A DNA stretch of 64,000 nt from Camelus dromedarius (GCF_036321535.1 NC_087436.1:10850001-10914000), one strand, 5' to 3'. Shown: positions 38,080-52,337, counted from the first letter of the stretch. The notes: generated by a model not told the origin, from the letters alone. Numbers and translations: made by a program.

Positions 38080-38730
38080 TAATATGATGAAATGTGTTCT
38101 GAAGTTTTTCCTGGGATGGAGAAGAGTTTTATGGCTTCCTCATTAATGTTCTGAATAATGATTCTCTTGTCTTTTATTCTGGACTGATTATTTTCCATCT
38201 TGCTTCCCTTTGACCCCCAAGTTTCAACTAAGATCCAGAATGACAATATCACCAGCTTTAAATAGCTCCTCCACTTAATGAGTTTCGTCTCCAAAATCAT
38301 CCATATTTCAAAGCGAACAAAAGCCATGAATAACTGAACGCATCATCTTCCCAAAACATCCCTCTCCCTAGATTGCATAACTCAGTGACTGAAAATTAAG
38401 CCTACCCAGTTCCCCATTCCAGCAACCTGAGAGTTAGAATGAGTCCCCTCCCTCTCACATTCAATCAATTATCAAGCCCTGACACACTTTTTTTCTTATA
38501 AGTGATTCTCAAATTTACTACCTCTCCCATATACCTACTAATCTGCCCTAGCTCCCATCTGCATGATCTTCTGCCTGGAAGAAAACATCTTCCTCAGCTT
38601 CAACTGCATCCATTTGAATCCATTCTCTATTTAGATGCCAGAGGAAGGGCTTCAACCAACCAATCAAATCCCAACAGGCTCCTGCTTAAAATCCTTCAGT
38701 GCTTCGGAGATAAAGTTAATATCCTTCTAC
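38080..38730 (+). mobile_element. L2 remnant
   Basis: 'aactgaacgcatcatcttccc', 'tcaatcaattatcaagccctg', 'aatccattctc' and 'cctgcttaaaatccttcagtggct' are L2 motifs. Confidence 0.65.
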
Positions 38731-40569
38731 TTCTATAGAGGCTCCTTCACTTACTCTCATTCAGCCTGCTCTGTGACTGTCGTCTTTCCCAGATTGCTCC
38801 CTGGCATTCTCTGGTCTATATCAGAATGGATAATTTCTTTCATCATGACTTCGGTAAAGACTAGAGAAAAAAATACACTTTCTGTCAAAATTCAGGTGTT
38901 AAGATGGAATATTCATCACAACTTGTCATTGGGTTAATTAGCTTTGACCTTTATTTGACCTACAATGACAGAACCCACTGGACCAATCTTGTGCATCACA
39001 CTTCTCTAGGGAAAGTGACCTGGAAATAAGTGCTCTCTCCACATCACCCAAGGGCTAGAGTGAAGGACTTCACTGTTTATTTGACCTAAAAAATTTTTTA
39101 TTGACTCTAAAGAATCCCCTTTGCTATACTTAGAAGCATCTTTTTACTGCAGGCAACAGAAGTTTTGACAATCAATACTTAGATACGCATCCACTGGGAT
39201 AGATGAGATTTTAACAGTGGAGAAATCCAACCAAACTAAAATACAATTAATAAGAATATGTGTTAGAAAATTTACCATGTTCTAGAGACATAGTGCTACA
39301 TGGTGTTATGCAATTTTTAAGTCATGCAAAACTTTTATGTAAATATTTCTTAGTTTTTCTTGGTAATTTATGAATGTGGTCCTTGCCATCATGTGTTACT
39401 TACCATCTCCTGTTACTTCTTATTCACATATTTAACATATCTTGAATCGTTATAGTATGACAAACGCTATCTTCACTACATTTATCATGTAATGGCTTTT
39501 ATTCTACTGTGCTAAGTAAAATGAAGTCTCCCGGGTCCTTTTCTCTTGGCTTAAGCAAGGGAATGTTGGAACATTTATATGTTTTGATTACTTTCACCAA
39601 ACACCCTTTTCTGTAACAGTGCCAATACAACAACTTGCAGAAATGGTTTTAGAAGTCACTTGCCAAGTAAATATCAAATAGGGCACAAGAAGAAAACTCC
39701 TGTGGAGTTTACTGAAGTATGGCAGGATGCTGAAGGAGTTGGCCAAGCAACATTTTATGTGCTAAGCACCAAGACTGTCCACGCTCCATAAAACACTCCA
39801 GACCTCATTGAAACCAAGTGAACAATGCCAATAAACACATCTCTTACTAACCAATAAGGCCACTTTAGCTTTCTTCTATTTTAGGTTAATTCAACCAAAA
39901 AAAAAAAATCCACAGACCTTTAACTTTCAATTACAGTACCATCTTGTGGAAAATATTGAAGCAATGCAAAAGACTCATTAACTTCTTGATATAGCAGTTT
40001 GCAAACCACTGTGGAAATAATGGTAGATATGTGAGAACTTCACATATCAGTAGGCAATGTTTAGATCCAAGCTGTCTAATTCTGCCAGGTAAAAATCACT
40101 CCACAAAACTATGTTCCGTACCATCAGGATCCAGCCAACCACAGGATCATAAGGAAGGGAGGGAGACATGCCCACGTGTCATTGTCAGATTACAGCAAGT
40201 AAGAAAGCATATGGGGACGAAACTGGCTAGTGTCAGAATTAACAGTCCATTTTGCAGATGATTTAGAACTTGCTGTAGCTATTCCAGGCCAGCTACTGAC
40301 CTGTATCAGAAAACTGAAGGTTTTTGGTGGCCTCCGGAAATTTTATTTTTCACAAGGTATCTGACTGGTGCACTGGAGGGTATTGGGAGACTGTCAGTTA
40401 CATGAGATCTCTGTGACTCATGACTAGGTCATGCCCAATTATAATCTATTGACACTATGTTAATAACAAACTCTGAAACAGAAGCTATCAAAACGATTGG
40501 CTAAGAGGCATCCTTATGTAAGAGATGAGTATAGGGTTCTGTAGTGGTTATAGAACTTCCCAAGTAGAG

Positions 40570-40800
40570 GCTATGAATGCAGGATCCATCACCATCTGGG
40601 CTGAGTTGAAGTCCAGCTCCTTCACTTTCTAACTGTAAAAGTTTGAGCAAAGTATTTACTCTCTGTCTCAAGTTCCTACTACGTAATCCTCAAGTAATGA
40701 TGCTCATCTCAGTGTGTTGTCGTGTGGACTGAATGAGCTAAAACATGCAGAAAGATCAGACAAGTGCCTGCCATGGACTGATGCCCAACATATTAGCAGG
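40570..40800 (+). mobile_element. MIR SINE
   Basis: 'gagttgaagtccagctcc...tttgagcaaagtatttactctctgtctcaagttcc...gttgtcgtgtggactgaatgag...agtgcctg'. Confidence 0.65.
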
Positions 40801-41562
40801 TATTATGACTCAAGGTCATTCAAGTCCTCAGTGGCAGAGTCAAGACTGAAAGTCCTGTAGACTCCTGGACCTACCAGCATCCCAGCTAGCGAGTCATGCC
40901 AAAGGTGACAATGACCTGAGTGTTTGGGGGCGGGGGTGTTGGTAAAACTGAGGATGAATGGGTCACACGAGCAACTAATCTTTAGAGCAACAAAAGACTT
41001 CTGTTCACTAGTTAGTATTCAGATCTCAGATGACTCATTTTTAGGGGACAACAAATTCATAGAGGGTTTAGGAGCAAGAGATGAGAAAGGAAGGAAAGCT
41101 TTGTTTAAATATTAGTACCAATATTGTGTTTTTAAAAATAAAGGAAAAAAAAACAATAAAACACATGCCTAAAATATTTTAAAATATCCAAGTTCTACAC
41201 TTTCAATCACACACAATAATAATTACAACAATAAAAAAAAGTTAAGAAAAGGGAAAGATATCATCTGTAAGATTACCAAAGAATATCTTTTTGTTGAAAA
41301 AAACACTTCTTTTATGCTGAGTTATTCTAATATTGCTTTGATCACTATATTTTCTTTCTCGTGGATAATATCCTGAAGACATTCTTCTGATGAATACTAT
41401 TTTCTGTGAAAAGCAGTACCAGTAGAATAAATAAATTTCTATTCCAAGAAAAGCAACTAACTCTAAACTACTTCATGTGCAAATTACTGTCATCCTATTT
41501 ACCTGATTTTCTATTGTCCTTTTTTTGTCCATTGCTCAAAACTTACGGCATCTACTTAAAGA

Positions 41563-42004
41563 ATGTATCCATTCAGTTCAGCAGTATGATGCAATGAAGC
41601 CCGAAATAAGAGTTGCTTAAACAAGACAGAAGTTTCTTTCTTTTCTATATCAAAACACCTGGACACATGGAGCCCATGGCCAGCAGAGGGGTCCCTCAAG
41701 GCTGTACTTAGACCCCGCCTCCCTCCAGCTCACCTCACAGCCATTCGTAGAGGATGCCCCTTTTCACGGTCCAAGCTGACTGCCAGACCTGCAGCCCTAA
41801 CAGCCAGCACCCAGGCGAGAGGATGACTGAGAAGACTAGACTCCTTACATACTCCATACACATCTGCTCGCATCTCACTGACGGGAACCTGGTCACCTGG
41901 TCGCCCCCGTGAAACAATGGAGCTGGAAATTATCTCGGCTGAGTCGCTCTTTTGCTCAGGAAGGGAGAGTGGATAACAGGAGACAACCAGGAGACTCTGC
42001 CTCA
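41563..42004 (-). mobile_element. MaLR (MLT1-like) solo LTR
   Basis: TG...CA bounded. 'gcttaaacaagacagaagtttctttc' and 'catctcactgacgggaacctggtcacctggtc' are antisense MLT1 motifs. Confidence 0.7.
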
Positions 42005-42359
42005 GGAAGGAAATCAAACAATGCAGAAGAGATGAGCCTGTCGCAGGAGGGCAGCACAGTTGTACTGACTGTGGCTAGCAGCAGCCGGGGACCAAAGGAT
42101 GCGTAGCTCTGCACAGGCTTGAGTAGGTGGGTGATGTGGACTCGGTGGACTGTGTGTTGATTCTCTGCTCACTTGTACCTTCCTCGTAAGGTGATAACAC
42201 GTTCGGACCCAGCTCTGTGCAATTTGGGATCATTTTCACTTAGAATTGAGGACTCCAACCTGATTCCATGTTCTTTGTCTAAATATATAGTGGCTATTGA
42301 CAGGACAGACACTGCAGTTTGCTGTTAACTCCAGGAAGAGTGAAAATCCAAGGTCTTGA

Positions 42360-42625
42360 GAGGCAGCATAGTGTAACAATTACAAGTGCAAACTGGGGAG
42401 GCTGATTGCTTGAAATTTCCACCTCACTTCCTCTTATTACTAAAAGTGTGAGTTGGGCAAGTTACTAAATTTTGCAGATGAGGAATCTCTCTCTACCCCC
42501 AGGTTCCTCATCTACAAAAATGGGAATAATAAAATCTACTTGATAGAGTTGGTGTAAGAGTTAAATGAATTTATAGATGTAAAGCATTTATAGCAGGTCC
42601 CTGCACATGGTGACTGTTCCAAAAA
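42360..42625 (+). mobile_element. MIR SINE
   Basis: 'aggcagcatagtgtaac...ttgggcaagttacta...ttcctcatctacaaaaatgggaataataa...tgtaaagcattta'. Confidence 0.8.
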
Positions 42626-43813
42626 GAAATGTTAGCTCTTATCAACTGCAGGCTTGTATTCTGGAAAAAGACAGGGCAGTGTAACCTGCCATCATACAGG
42701 TAATGGCTAAAAAGTAAAAACCACAGCCAGAGGAAGTATTTGATGTTGGTGGAGGAGATTCTGGTTTTGTCATACTCCATCTGAAACTGATTCTCCCTTC
42801 TAAAGTGTGAGACACCACAAAATCTTCAGACTGCTGCCCCATGACTCAGAAAGAGTGATGTGAAAATGACTGGATGTTATGTAGAAGGACATGGACCTAG
42901 GTGTCAGAGAGAACAGCACCCTACAAAGAGAGAAAACACGTCAGAGGACAGGAGTGGCAGGCACTTAAGAACATGGTAAATACAGAAGGAACTGTTTCGA
43001 GTTGCAAACAGTGAGGAGTTAGGAGAGTTGGTCTGGAGAACGCATTTGAGTGGCGACCTGCAAAGTAGAACCTTGAGTCCTTTCACTGACTGCAGAGTCT
43101 AGGCGGCTGGGACTGAGTGCCCTGAAGCAGGGTGGGATAGGTGTGTGCTGTGACAAACACGAGGTGGGCCGACCCCACGGAACCTGCATTACAAAGCACT
43201 GCTCTTACGTTTGACTTGGCCACCAAAGTACTTTTTAGAGGAGAAATTGAAATCCAATACCAGAACTCTCATCTATTTCCTTTGTAATACATTTCCATAT
43301 AAGAACACACATTTGTCTTCTTAAATTGATTATATAATCTTCAGCGCATCCTGTGACCTGATAATACTCTTTGTGTTTGGTTGTCATTACAAAGCATGGA
43401 GTTAAAGCACCTCTTCGCGTGTTGTCCAGGTCTGAATTGAGTGGACTCCCAAAGACAATTACTCTTTAGTGATGCCACAGGGAGCAAACAAAACAGCCAG
43501 CATCTCAGACAGAAGGTACATTCCCCCAGCTGATGCCCCTCAACTGTGCTACATGCAATAGTTCCTCCACAAAGTGAGAAAATTATTCTAATAAAAAAAG
43601 ACTGATTTTAATATACCCATGTGTGGTATATATATCTTTTAAATTGTCATGATGTAAGGAAAGAACACAAAAAATGTTTTATTCTTGAAGTTCGACTTCG
43701 TCTCTTAAAGAATTACTTTTTAGTTCAGATAATTTATTTGCAGAGGAAAACGGACATAAATGAGATAATAGGCATTTTTATACACAGATTGGGACCATGC
43801 CTGGGTCATATTT

Positions 43814-46709
43814 CTTTTTTAATTTGTTTTTTATTAGTGTAGAGTTGATTTTCAATGTCATGTTAGTTCCAGGTCTACAGCAAAATGATTCAGTTTTTAT
43901 ACACACACACACACACACACACACATATTCATATGTATATACTCCTATATATACACATTTGTACATATATATATTCTTTTTCAGATTCTTTTCCATTATA
44001 GGTTATTACAAGATACTGAATATAGTTCCCTATTGGAACTATAGGTCCCTGTTGATCTATTTTATACATAGTAGTGTGTATCTGTTAATCCTAAACTTCT
44101 AATTTATCTCTCACCCCACCCTTTCCCCTTTGGTAACTACAAGTTTGTTTCATGTCTGTGAGTCTTCTTCTGTTATGTAAATAAGTTCATTTGTACCTTT
44201 TTTTTTTTTTTAGATTCCACATATAAGTGATATCATGTATTTGTCTTTCTCTGTCCTACTTCACTTAATATAATAATCTCTAGGTCCATCCATGCTGTTA
44301 CAAATAGCATTATTTCATTCTTTTTTATGACACAGTAACATCCCATTGTATATATAAATATACCACATCTTCTTTATCCATTCATCTGTTGATGGACATT
44401 TAGGTTGCATCCATGTCTTCATTATTACAAACAGTGCTGCTATGAATATTGGGGTACCTGTATCTTCTTGAATTAAGAGCTTTATACGCACAGGAGTGCA
44501 TATTTTTAGTTTTTTAAGAAACCTCCATACTGTCCTCCACAGTGGCTGCACCAAACTGCATTCCTACCAACAGTGAAGGAGGGTTCCCTTTTCTCCACAC
44601 CCTCTCCAGCATTTGTTGGACTTTTTAACGATGGCAATTCTGACTGATGTGAGGTGATACCTCATTGTAGTTTTGATTGCCATTTTTCTGATAATTAGCT
44701 ATGTTGGGCATCTTTTCATGTGCCTACTGGCCATCTGTATGTCTTCTTTGAACAAAAGTCTATTTAGGTCTTCTGGCCATTTCTAATTGGGTTATTTAGT
44801 TTTTTTTACTTTGAGCTGTATGACCTGTTTGTATATTTTGGAAATTAATCTCTTGTCAGGGGCATCATTTGCAAATATTTTCTCCCATTCTGTAGGTTGC
44901 CTTTTCATTTTTTATTGCTTTCTTTGCTGTGCAAAATCTCTTAAGTTCAATTAGGTCTCATTTGTTTATTTTTGTTTTTATTTCCTTTACTGTAGGAAAC
45001 AAATCCAAAAAATATTGCAGTGATTTATGTCAAAGAGTCATCTTTCTGCCTATGTTTTCCTCTAAGACTTTTAGAGTATCTGGTCTTACATTTAGGTCTT
45101 TACTCCATTTTGAGTTTACTTTTGTATATGGTGTTGTAATTTCATTCTTTTACTTGTAGCTGTCCAATTTTCCCAGGACCACTTACTGAAGAGATTGTCT
45201 TTTCTTCATTGCTCATTCTTGCCTTCTTTATGGAAGACTGACTATGAGTGAGTGAGTTTATTTTTGAGCTTTCTATCCTGTTGATCTATGTGTCTGTTTC
45301 AGTGCCAGTATCATGCTGTTTCATTGCGGTAGCTTCTCAGCACAGTCTGAAGTCAGGGAGTGTGATTCCTCCAGCTCTGTCTTCTTTCTCAAAGACTATT
45401 TTGCCTATTTGGGGTCTTTTGTGTTTCCATACAAAGCTAACATTATTTTGTTCTGGTTCTGTGAAAAATAACATTGGTAACTTGAAAGGGGTTTCACTGA
45501 ATCTGCAGATTGCCTAAGGGAGCATAGTCATTTTAACAATATTGATTCTTCCAATTTAAGTACACATGGTATGTCTTTCTACCTGTTTGTGTCATCATCA
45601 GTTTCCTTCATCAGCATCTTAATAGTTTTTGGAGTACAGCTCTTTTGCCTCCTTAGGTAGGTTTATTCCTAGGTATTTTATTCTTCTTGATGCAACGTTA
45701 AATGGGATTGTTTCCGTAATTTCTTTTTCTGTTATTTCACTGTTAATGTATAGAAGTGCAACAGATTTCTGTATGTTAACTTCATATTCTGTAACCTTGC
45801 CAAATTCACTGATGAGTCCTAGTAGTTTTCTGGTAGCATCTTTAGGATTTTCTATGTATAGAATCACATCATCTGCAAACAGTGACAGTTTTACTTCTTC
45901 TTTCCCAATTTGGATTTCTTTTATTTCTTTTTCTTCTCTGATTGTTGCTGCTTGGACTTCCAAATCTGTGTTGAATAGAAGTGGTGAGAGAGGGTATCCT
46001 TATCCTGTTATTCATCTTAGAGGAAATGATTTCAAATTTTCACTGTTGAGTATGATGTTAGCTGTGGGTTTGCATATATGGCCTTTTTTATGTTAAGATA
46101 TATTACCTCTATAACCACTTTCTGGAGAGATTTTATCATAAATGGATGCTGAATTTTATCAAAAGCTTTTTCTGCATCTATTGAGGTGATCATTCTTCAT
46201 TGTTTTGATTCTTCAATTTGTTAATGTGTTGTATCACATCGACTGATTTGCAGATATTGAAAAATCCTTGCATCCCTGGGATAAATCCCACTTGATCGTG
46301 CTGTGTGATCCTTCTGATGTATTACTGGAGTTGCTTTGCTAGTATTTTGTTGAGAATTCTTGAATCATTCATATTGGCCTGTAATTTTCTTTTTTTGTAA
46401 TATCTTTGTTTGGTTTTGGTATCTGGGTAATGCTGGCCTCAAAGAATGAGTTCAGAAGTATACTTTCTTCTGAAATTTTCTGGAATAATTTAAGGACAGG
46501 TTTTAACTCTTCTCTAAATGTTTGGTAGAATTTGCCTGTGAAACCATCTGGTCCTGGACTTTTGTTTGTTGGGAGTTTTTAAATTAATGATTCAATTTCA
46601 GTACTGGTAGTTGGTTTGTTCACATTTTCTATTTCTTCCTGGTTCATTTTTCAGAGATTGTATCTTTCTAACAACTTGTCCATTTCTTCTAGTTTGTCCA
46701 TTTTATTTT
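43814..46709 (-). mobile_element. 5'-truncated LINE-1 (about 2.9 kb: RT domain, C-terminus and 3'UTR)
   Basis: ORF 45619-45963 contains [18 protein letters not shown]. The T tail is at 43814. Perfect 13-bp TSD ctgggtcatattt at 43801-43813 and 46710-46722. Confidence 0.95.
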
Positions 46710-49167
46710 CTGGGTCATATTTGCATCCCAGGACGAAAATAACAAAATAAAATGCATTGTTTTTTATTGAATTACTGAATCCAACTTTATATACAATAAA
46801 TATTTATTGGCATCTACTTTATGCCAGACATCAATTTAGATGCTGGGGAAAAAAATGGAGACAAAAATAATGTTCCTAACTTCATGGAGTTTCTGTTCTA
46901 CTTAGTTTGTGTAGGAATCATGAAATTTTTCTAATGAGCTAGAATTCGCTCATTAAGGGATTAATTATAGAGGTGTCTGCCAGAGGATACTTCCCAAAAT
47001 CTCCAGTGAGTGGAAAGGCCTAGGAGAACACTAGAAGCACGAGAAAAAAGTAATTCCTGCTAAATTGATGAGATAGAGTGGACAAGATGAATTCCTTCTC
47101 AAAGAGTGAAGTCACATAAGTTACACAGCTTTGAAAGGAAAGGGTAAGGCTGTCCTCACGCACCACTCTCCACCCACAAGCTGAGAGCCACCAATAAGCA
47201 AATACAGGTTTCTGGCCTAATATGGGTTTCCTTTATGAAACTTATAAAATCTACACCCTTTGCCATCCTAGTTATACATTAACATTACAGGCATAAGCAG
47301 AGAGAAGACTGGAAACTGAAAATGCATAAATTAACCATGACACGGTAAAGATTAAGAGATTCAGATCCTTAAAAAAAAATCCAGGCCTTTGGAACTGGTG
47401 ACCCCAGAGTGATAAAAGGTTCCCATAGGTAAAATGATAGTCATGTCCTTAAAATATGATCAGGTGAATAAGATTTATTAAAAAATGGTGGGGAGCTCAA
47501 TGTTTGGGGGTCAGGGATGGACTCCAGACATGGCTTCCTGCTCCTCCATTCCCAGCTCCAGCCTCACAGCCTCTCCTGAGCCAAAGGCCAGTCAAGTGTG
47601 AGGTGCTGGTTAGAGTCTCAAGATAAAAGAACAGATCTGGGTTTTCTCAGTTTCAGATTGAGTGACAGCCTGAAGACCAGCCTGAGTGCCAGGGTGAGGA
47701 CCTGGTGAACACTGGGGATCTGATACAGGTGAGGCAATTACCCCGTGGGATGCTCAACAGAGATGATTGATTTTAAAGTAACCTAACAGTATATTTAAAT
47801 TTAAAGGGACCTAATTACCAAGACAGAGAGACTAAAAACAAACAAACACATGCTGGTGATAGAGAACTACTGGAGAAGGCAGCAGATGACTCCAACAAAA
47901 ATTATAATCAGAATACCCAAGGAGATACAAATACAATACAAAGAAAAGTCTCACTGGAGAAAACAATACTTAACAAAATAATTTTTAAAATTAAGATTTC
48001 CAGAGGAAAGGATTCAGTAGACAAATGTAAAGAGTGCATAGATCCTGTTACAACCTGCTTTAGTGGCTTGAAAAATCAGATCAAAGGAATATTTTAGTAA
48101 TGGAGAAAAAATACAAGGGGATAAAAATCATGCTACATCCTGGTAAAATGTCTGAACACCAAGGATAGAAAGAAAAAATATCCCACTATCCCAGACACAA
48201 AGACTAAGTTATCTGCAAAGGAAAAAGTGATCAGATTTTCATCTGATTTCTCACCTGCAGCATCAGAAGCAGGAAGGTATTGGAAAAACATGAGACTGAA
48301 AATCAAGGCCAGCGATCCAAGAATCACTCCCATTCAACTGTTAGCATTAAAGGAGGACTGCTGAGGCCGTGCAAGGAATCTGCAAGTGTCTTACCCCCAC
48401 CCTCCAAGTGAAAGAAGAACAGACAGCACAAGACACCTAAGATGGGAAAGTGAAGAGGACAGTCAATCATGGTGACCAATGCCCTGTAACATGATTATTA
48501 ACAGATAAATCCAAGTGGAAAATACCAGAATGAATAGTCTTAATTATAGCAAACAACACTTACTGACTGCTTACATATCAAAAGCAATGTATTAAGCATT
48601 TATTTTTCATTTAATTCTCACAACAACCCATAACTTTTGTTACAGTGACTTCAAAACGAGGAGTTGTGGGTGGAAGAAAATGACGTAAAATGTCTCAACC
48701 TAGAGGAAGGAAGTAGGCAGAGGAGAAGGAAAAATGTTCTATATTTGCTTCTGATGTGTGCGGTGGTGCAGGGAGACAGTTGAGGAAGGGCAATTTCTTT
48801 TCAGGGAAAATAGTTGTTATCCACGAAAAAAATAAAATCATATATATTACTCATATACTGAATTCTCCCCTTAAAAAATAGAAATTGAGTTATAAGCCAA
48901 AACTCAGCTAAAGGCTATTTGTAAAAGACTCACTAAAATCAAAGTGATAAACAAAGACTTAACATGAAAGGATTGGGAAAGTAAAACAGGTATAAATGCA
49001 AAGAAAATAATGCAAGAATGGCAATAGTATCATCAGATCAGGTGGCGCTTAAGGTTCAAATAGCCACACAGGTAAAAAGGGAAACATTATGTAACTGTAG
49101 GAGACACGACACCCATAAACCTGAAGATACTAAAACATACTAGCAAAATGTGCAAAATAAGAGGTAT

Positions 49168-49280
49168 CTTTTCATGTGCCTATTGACCAACTCTCTGAAT
49201 ATACTAAAAACTACTGGGTCATACACTCTAAATTTGTGAAATTGTATGGTATGTGAATTATATGTCAGTAAAGCCATCAC
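49168..49280 (+). mobile_element. Tiny L1 (L1MB-like) 3' end with a short inverted 5' piece
   Basis: Antisense 'cttttcatgtgcctattgacc' joined to sense '...gtatggtatgtgaattatatgtcagtaaagc'. TSD caaaataagaggtat (49153-49167) / caaaataaaaggcat (49281-49295). Confidence 0.65.
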
Positions 49281-50512
49281 CAAAATAAAAGGCATTAAAT
49301 AAAAAAAGAAATGAAAAGATCAACTGATATTAAAAACAGGAAAAAATATAAATGGAAATCATACATACAAAGAATTTACTTTTAAACATTGAGAAAATTT
49401 ATTTAATAGCTATAAATTGAAACTTACATTCTTCAATTAGAAAACTTATGCTTTTTAGTGTTTTCATGAGTAACTAACAAAAATAAATCATATACTTGGC
49501 CACGAGGAAAGTTTGTGGGGTTTTTCCTTATGAAAATCTTAGGGATTAGATATGCTGACCATATTCCAATAAAATTAGAGAATGTTAAATAATCTTAAAT
49601 AATTTCAAATTAATAAACATACTCCTAAAATAATCCCTGAATAAAAGAGGAAAGCAAAACTGAATATAAATTATATGGAAAGCATATAAATGAGGAAACA
49701 CTATCTGAGAATACACGCAACATAGCAAAAGCTATGTTTAGAAAAACATACTGTTTTTAGTGCCTTTATCATTATTAAAGATGAAAGCACATAAACACAG
49801 AACTTACAAGAAACAGAGATAGTGTTAATAAAAGTTACCAAAAAAGTTGGAAAGGGAAATTAACATAAATCAAAGCAGAAATTAATTAAAATTAGAGAAA
49901 ATAAATAAATTAAAAAATTCTATAAACATACTAATGAAACATATAAAACCTTTGATTAAGGAGTGGTTGGACAGCAAAGATATACAGGATTAAGGTTGAA
50001 AAAATAGACATAATCAGCAACTGAAGACATTACATGAATAAAAAAATTATAATTGAAACTATGGCAATAAATTTTCAATTAAACAGGAAATAAAACATTT
50101 CATAGCAAAGTTTAAATTTCCAAGCAGGATCTAAAAAGAAGTAGAAATTTTGGAACATACGGATTACCTATAAAAAGACTGGAAAGTAATGAAAAATCTA
50201 TTATAAAAGAATCTGGATTAGATCAACTCATAGCAAATTCAATCTAATCTCTAGTCTTTAAAGAACAAATATTTTCAGTTATTTAAAATATTCAACAACG
50301 TGAGAGCACATGGAAAATTCTTCGGTTGATTTTAAGACAGCAAACTTTAATGCCAAAACTTAATAAAGATCACAAAAAAAAAGCATTTTAAATGATTTCA
50401 ATGAAAAATTTTAAATGAAGTATTAATAATTAGAACCCAATCCTGTATGAAGGGATTAATATCCCATGTCCCACGTAGGGGTTTATGCAAAGAATATAAA
50501 TTATTAAAAGTT

Positions 50513-50585
50513 ATTATGTTATCAGATTTCCTGAAGTTGAATCACCCATATGCAAAAAATACTTCAGGAAATCTGATAACATAAT
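50513..50585. repeat. Perfect 25-bp inverted repeat with a 23-nt spacer
   Basis: attatgttatcagatttcctgaagt (50513-50537) is the exact reverse complement of acttcaggaaatctgataacataat (50561-50585). Confidence 0.95.
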
Positions 50586-51629
50586 CAATTTTACCAATAA
50601 ACAGAGAAAGAAAATCATATAATCATAACATTAGAGGTAGGAAAGGCATTTGATACGTTTCATATATCCCTGAAAGGAATCCTAAGTGACACAGAAATAG
50701 CAGAACACAACCGACACAGAATGACAACTATCTAACAAAAATCAACAGCTAATATGATCCCAAATATTGGAATATTAAAACAATTGCAATTATAATTGGA
50801 GATTGCATAGGGAATCACAGTATCATTCATCATTAACTCGGAAGTGTAGTAAATAATTAGACAAGAAAATGAAATTTTCTTGTGTAATCCCTGGGTAAAT
50901 AATGGAAAAGAATATATGAAAGTTTGTGTAAAAAATGAATGACACAATTTTATACTTTGAAAACTCAAGAAATTCTAGGCTTAAAAATCGTTATACTTAA
51001 TACGATAATTTGATAAATTTCTTCATATATGAATAGCTTGAAAAAAACCAATATTCTCTATTTAGCCATAAATAATTAGAAAGAAAATGAGAAAAAATAT
51101 TTACAAGAGCAACAAAAGTATAAAATCTTTAGTAATAAATTTAACAAGAAAGTCACAGGATCTATAGGAAGACAATATAAAATCATTTTGAAGGACTCAA
51201 AAAAGATGCAATGAAATGAAGATGTATTGTGATTTTTTGGATGACATATAACAATAATATAAATTTTCAAAAAATTAATATATAAGTTTACAGCAACTCA
51301 AAGTAAAAAAATCAATACATTGTAATTAAATAAAATGATATTGGAGCTAATATGGAAAAATAAATTTTCAAGAATATCCAAGAAGAGTACCAAATATATT
51401 TGTTACATATAATATATACAATATATATCTATATGTATGAAAAGGAAGATATTTTCCTTATAAGATATTACAGGATAATCATACTGATATTTTACTAGCA
51501 TAGGAATAGACAAATAAATCAATAGAAAGAAAGAAATTCATATTATATGGATGTGTTTATATATGTGTATGTATATATATACATACAAAAGTTTATGGCA
51601 AAAGTTGTAGTTGAATACAGGGGGTTTTT

Positions 51630-51812
51630 TGTTTGTTTGTTTGTTTAACATTTTTTATTGATTTATAATCATTTTACAATGTTGTGTCAAATTCCAGTGT
51701 AGAGCACAATTTTTCAGTTACATATATATATATTCATTGTCACATTTTTTTCTCTGTGAGCTACCATAAGATCTTGTATATATTTCCCTGTGCTATACAG
51801 TATAATCTTGTT
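51630..51812 (-). mobile_element. Short young L1 3' tail
   Basis: Reverse complement of the 2003/24149 family. TSD tacagggg(g)ttttt at 51616-51629 and 51813-51825, at a TT/AAAA site. Confidence 0.9.
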
Positions 51813-52337
51813 TACAGGGGTTTTTAAATGATAGATTGCATATAAATTATTGGCTTAACTAGCTACACACTTAAAAATGTTAAATTCGAGACTTCATATA
51901 CAAAAATTAATCTCAGATGGTTTAAAATTTAACTTAAAAATTTTTAAGTTAAATTTTAATAAAAAAAGTTTTGAGTTAAGGAAAACTTACTTGCAAAATC
52001 AGTTTAAGAAGAAACGTACCAAACAGCTGAGAGATTACAAGTACAAATCAGACCTTGACTAAAATAGGCATCCTAGGATGTATAAAAATGTGATAGAAAC
52101 ATTCCACTTTATAAAAAATTTATAATATGGCAAAAGATACAACACAGAAAGTCCCTGCTATCTAGTAGAAAGAGAAAAAATAAAAGCAAAGATAAAAACA
52201 TTTTTCATTAGGATTTAAAAACACATTATATGGAACAGTGAGTAAAGTCACAGTTCATCATTTTACATTTTTATTTCTTTTCTAAAACTCTCAGTTATAA
52301 GTGCTTTAAAACTTTTCTTTTTCTACCTCTTAAATAT

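Larger units (their letters stand above)
47800..52250 (+). mobile_element. Ancient, highly decayed long L1 (ORF1 remnant about 47800-48400, ORF2 remnant about 48860-52250)
   Basis: Collinear degenerate motifs: 'atcagattttcatctgatttctca' (ORF1), the EN region near 48900, 'gaaaggcatttgata' (EKAFD), and 'aataaatttaacaagaaag'. Interrupted by younger inserts. Confidence 0.7.

Noticed and set aside
39398..39480. Strong minus-strand donor ATG|gtaagt
   Set aside because: No adequate upstream acceptor, and all frames contain stops.
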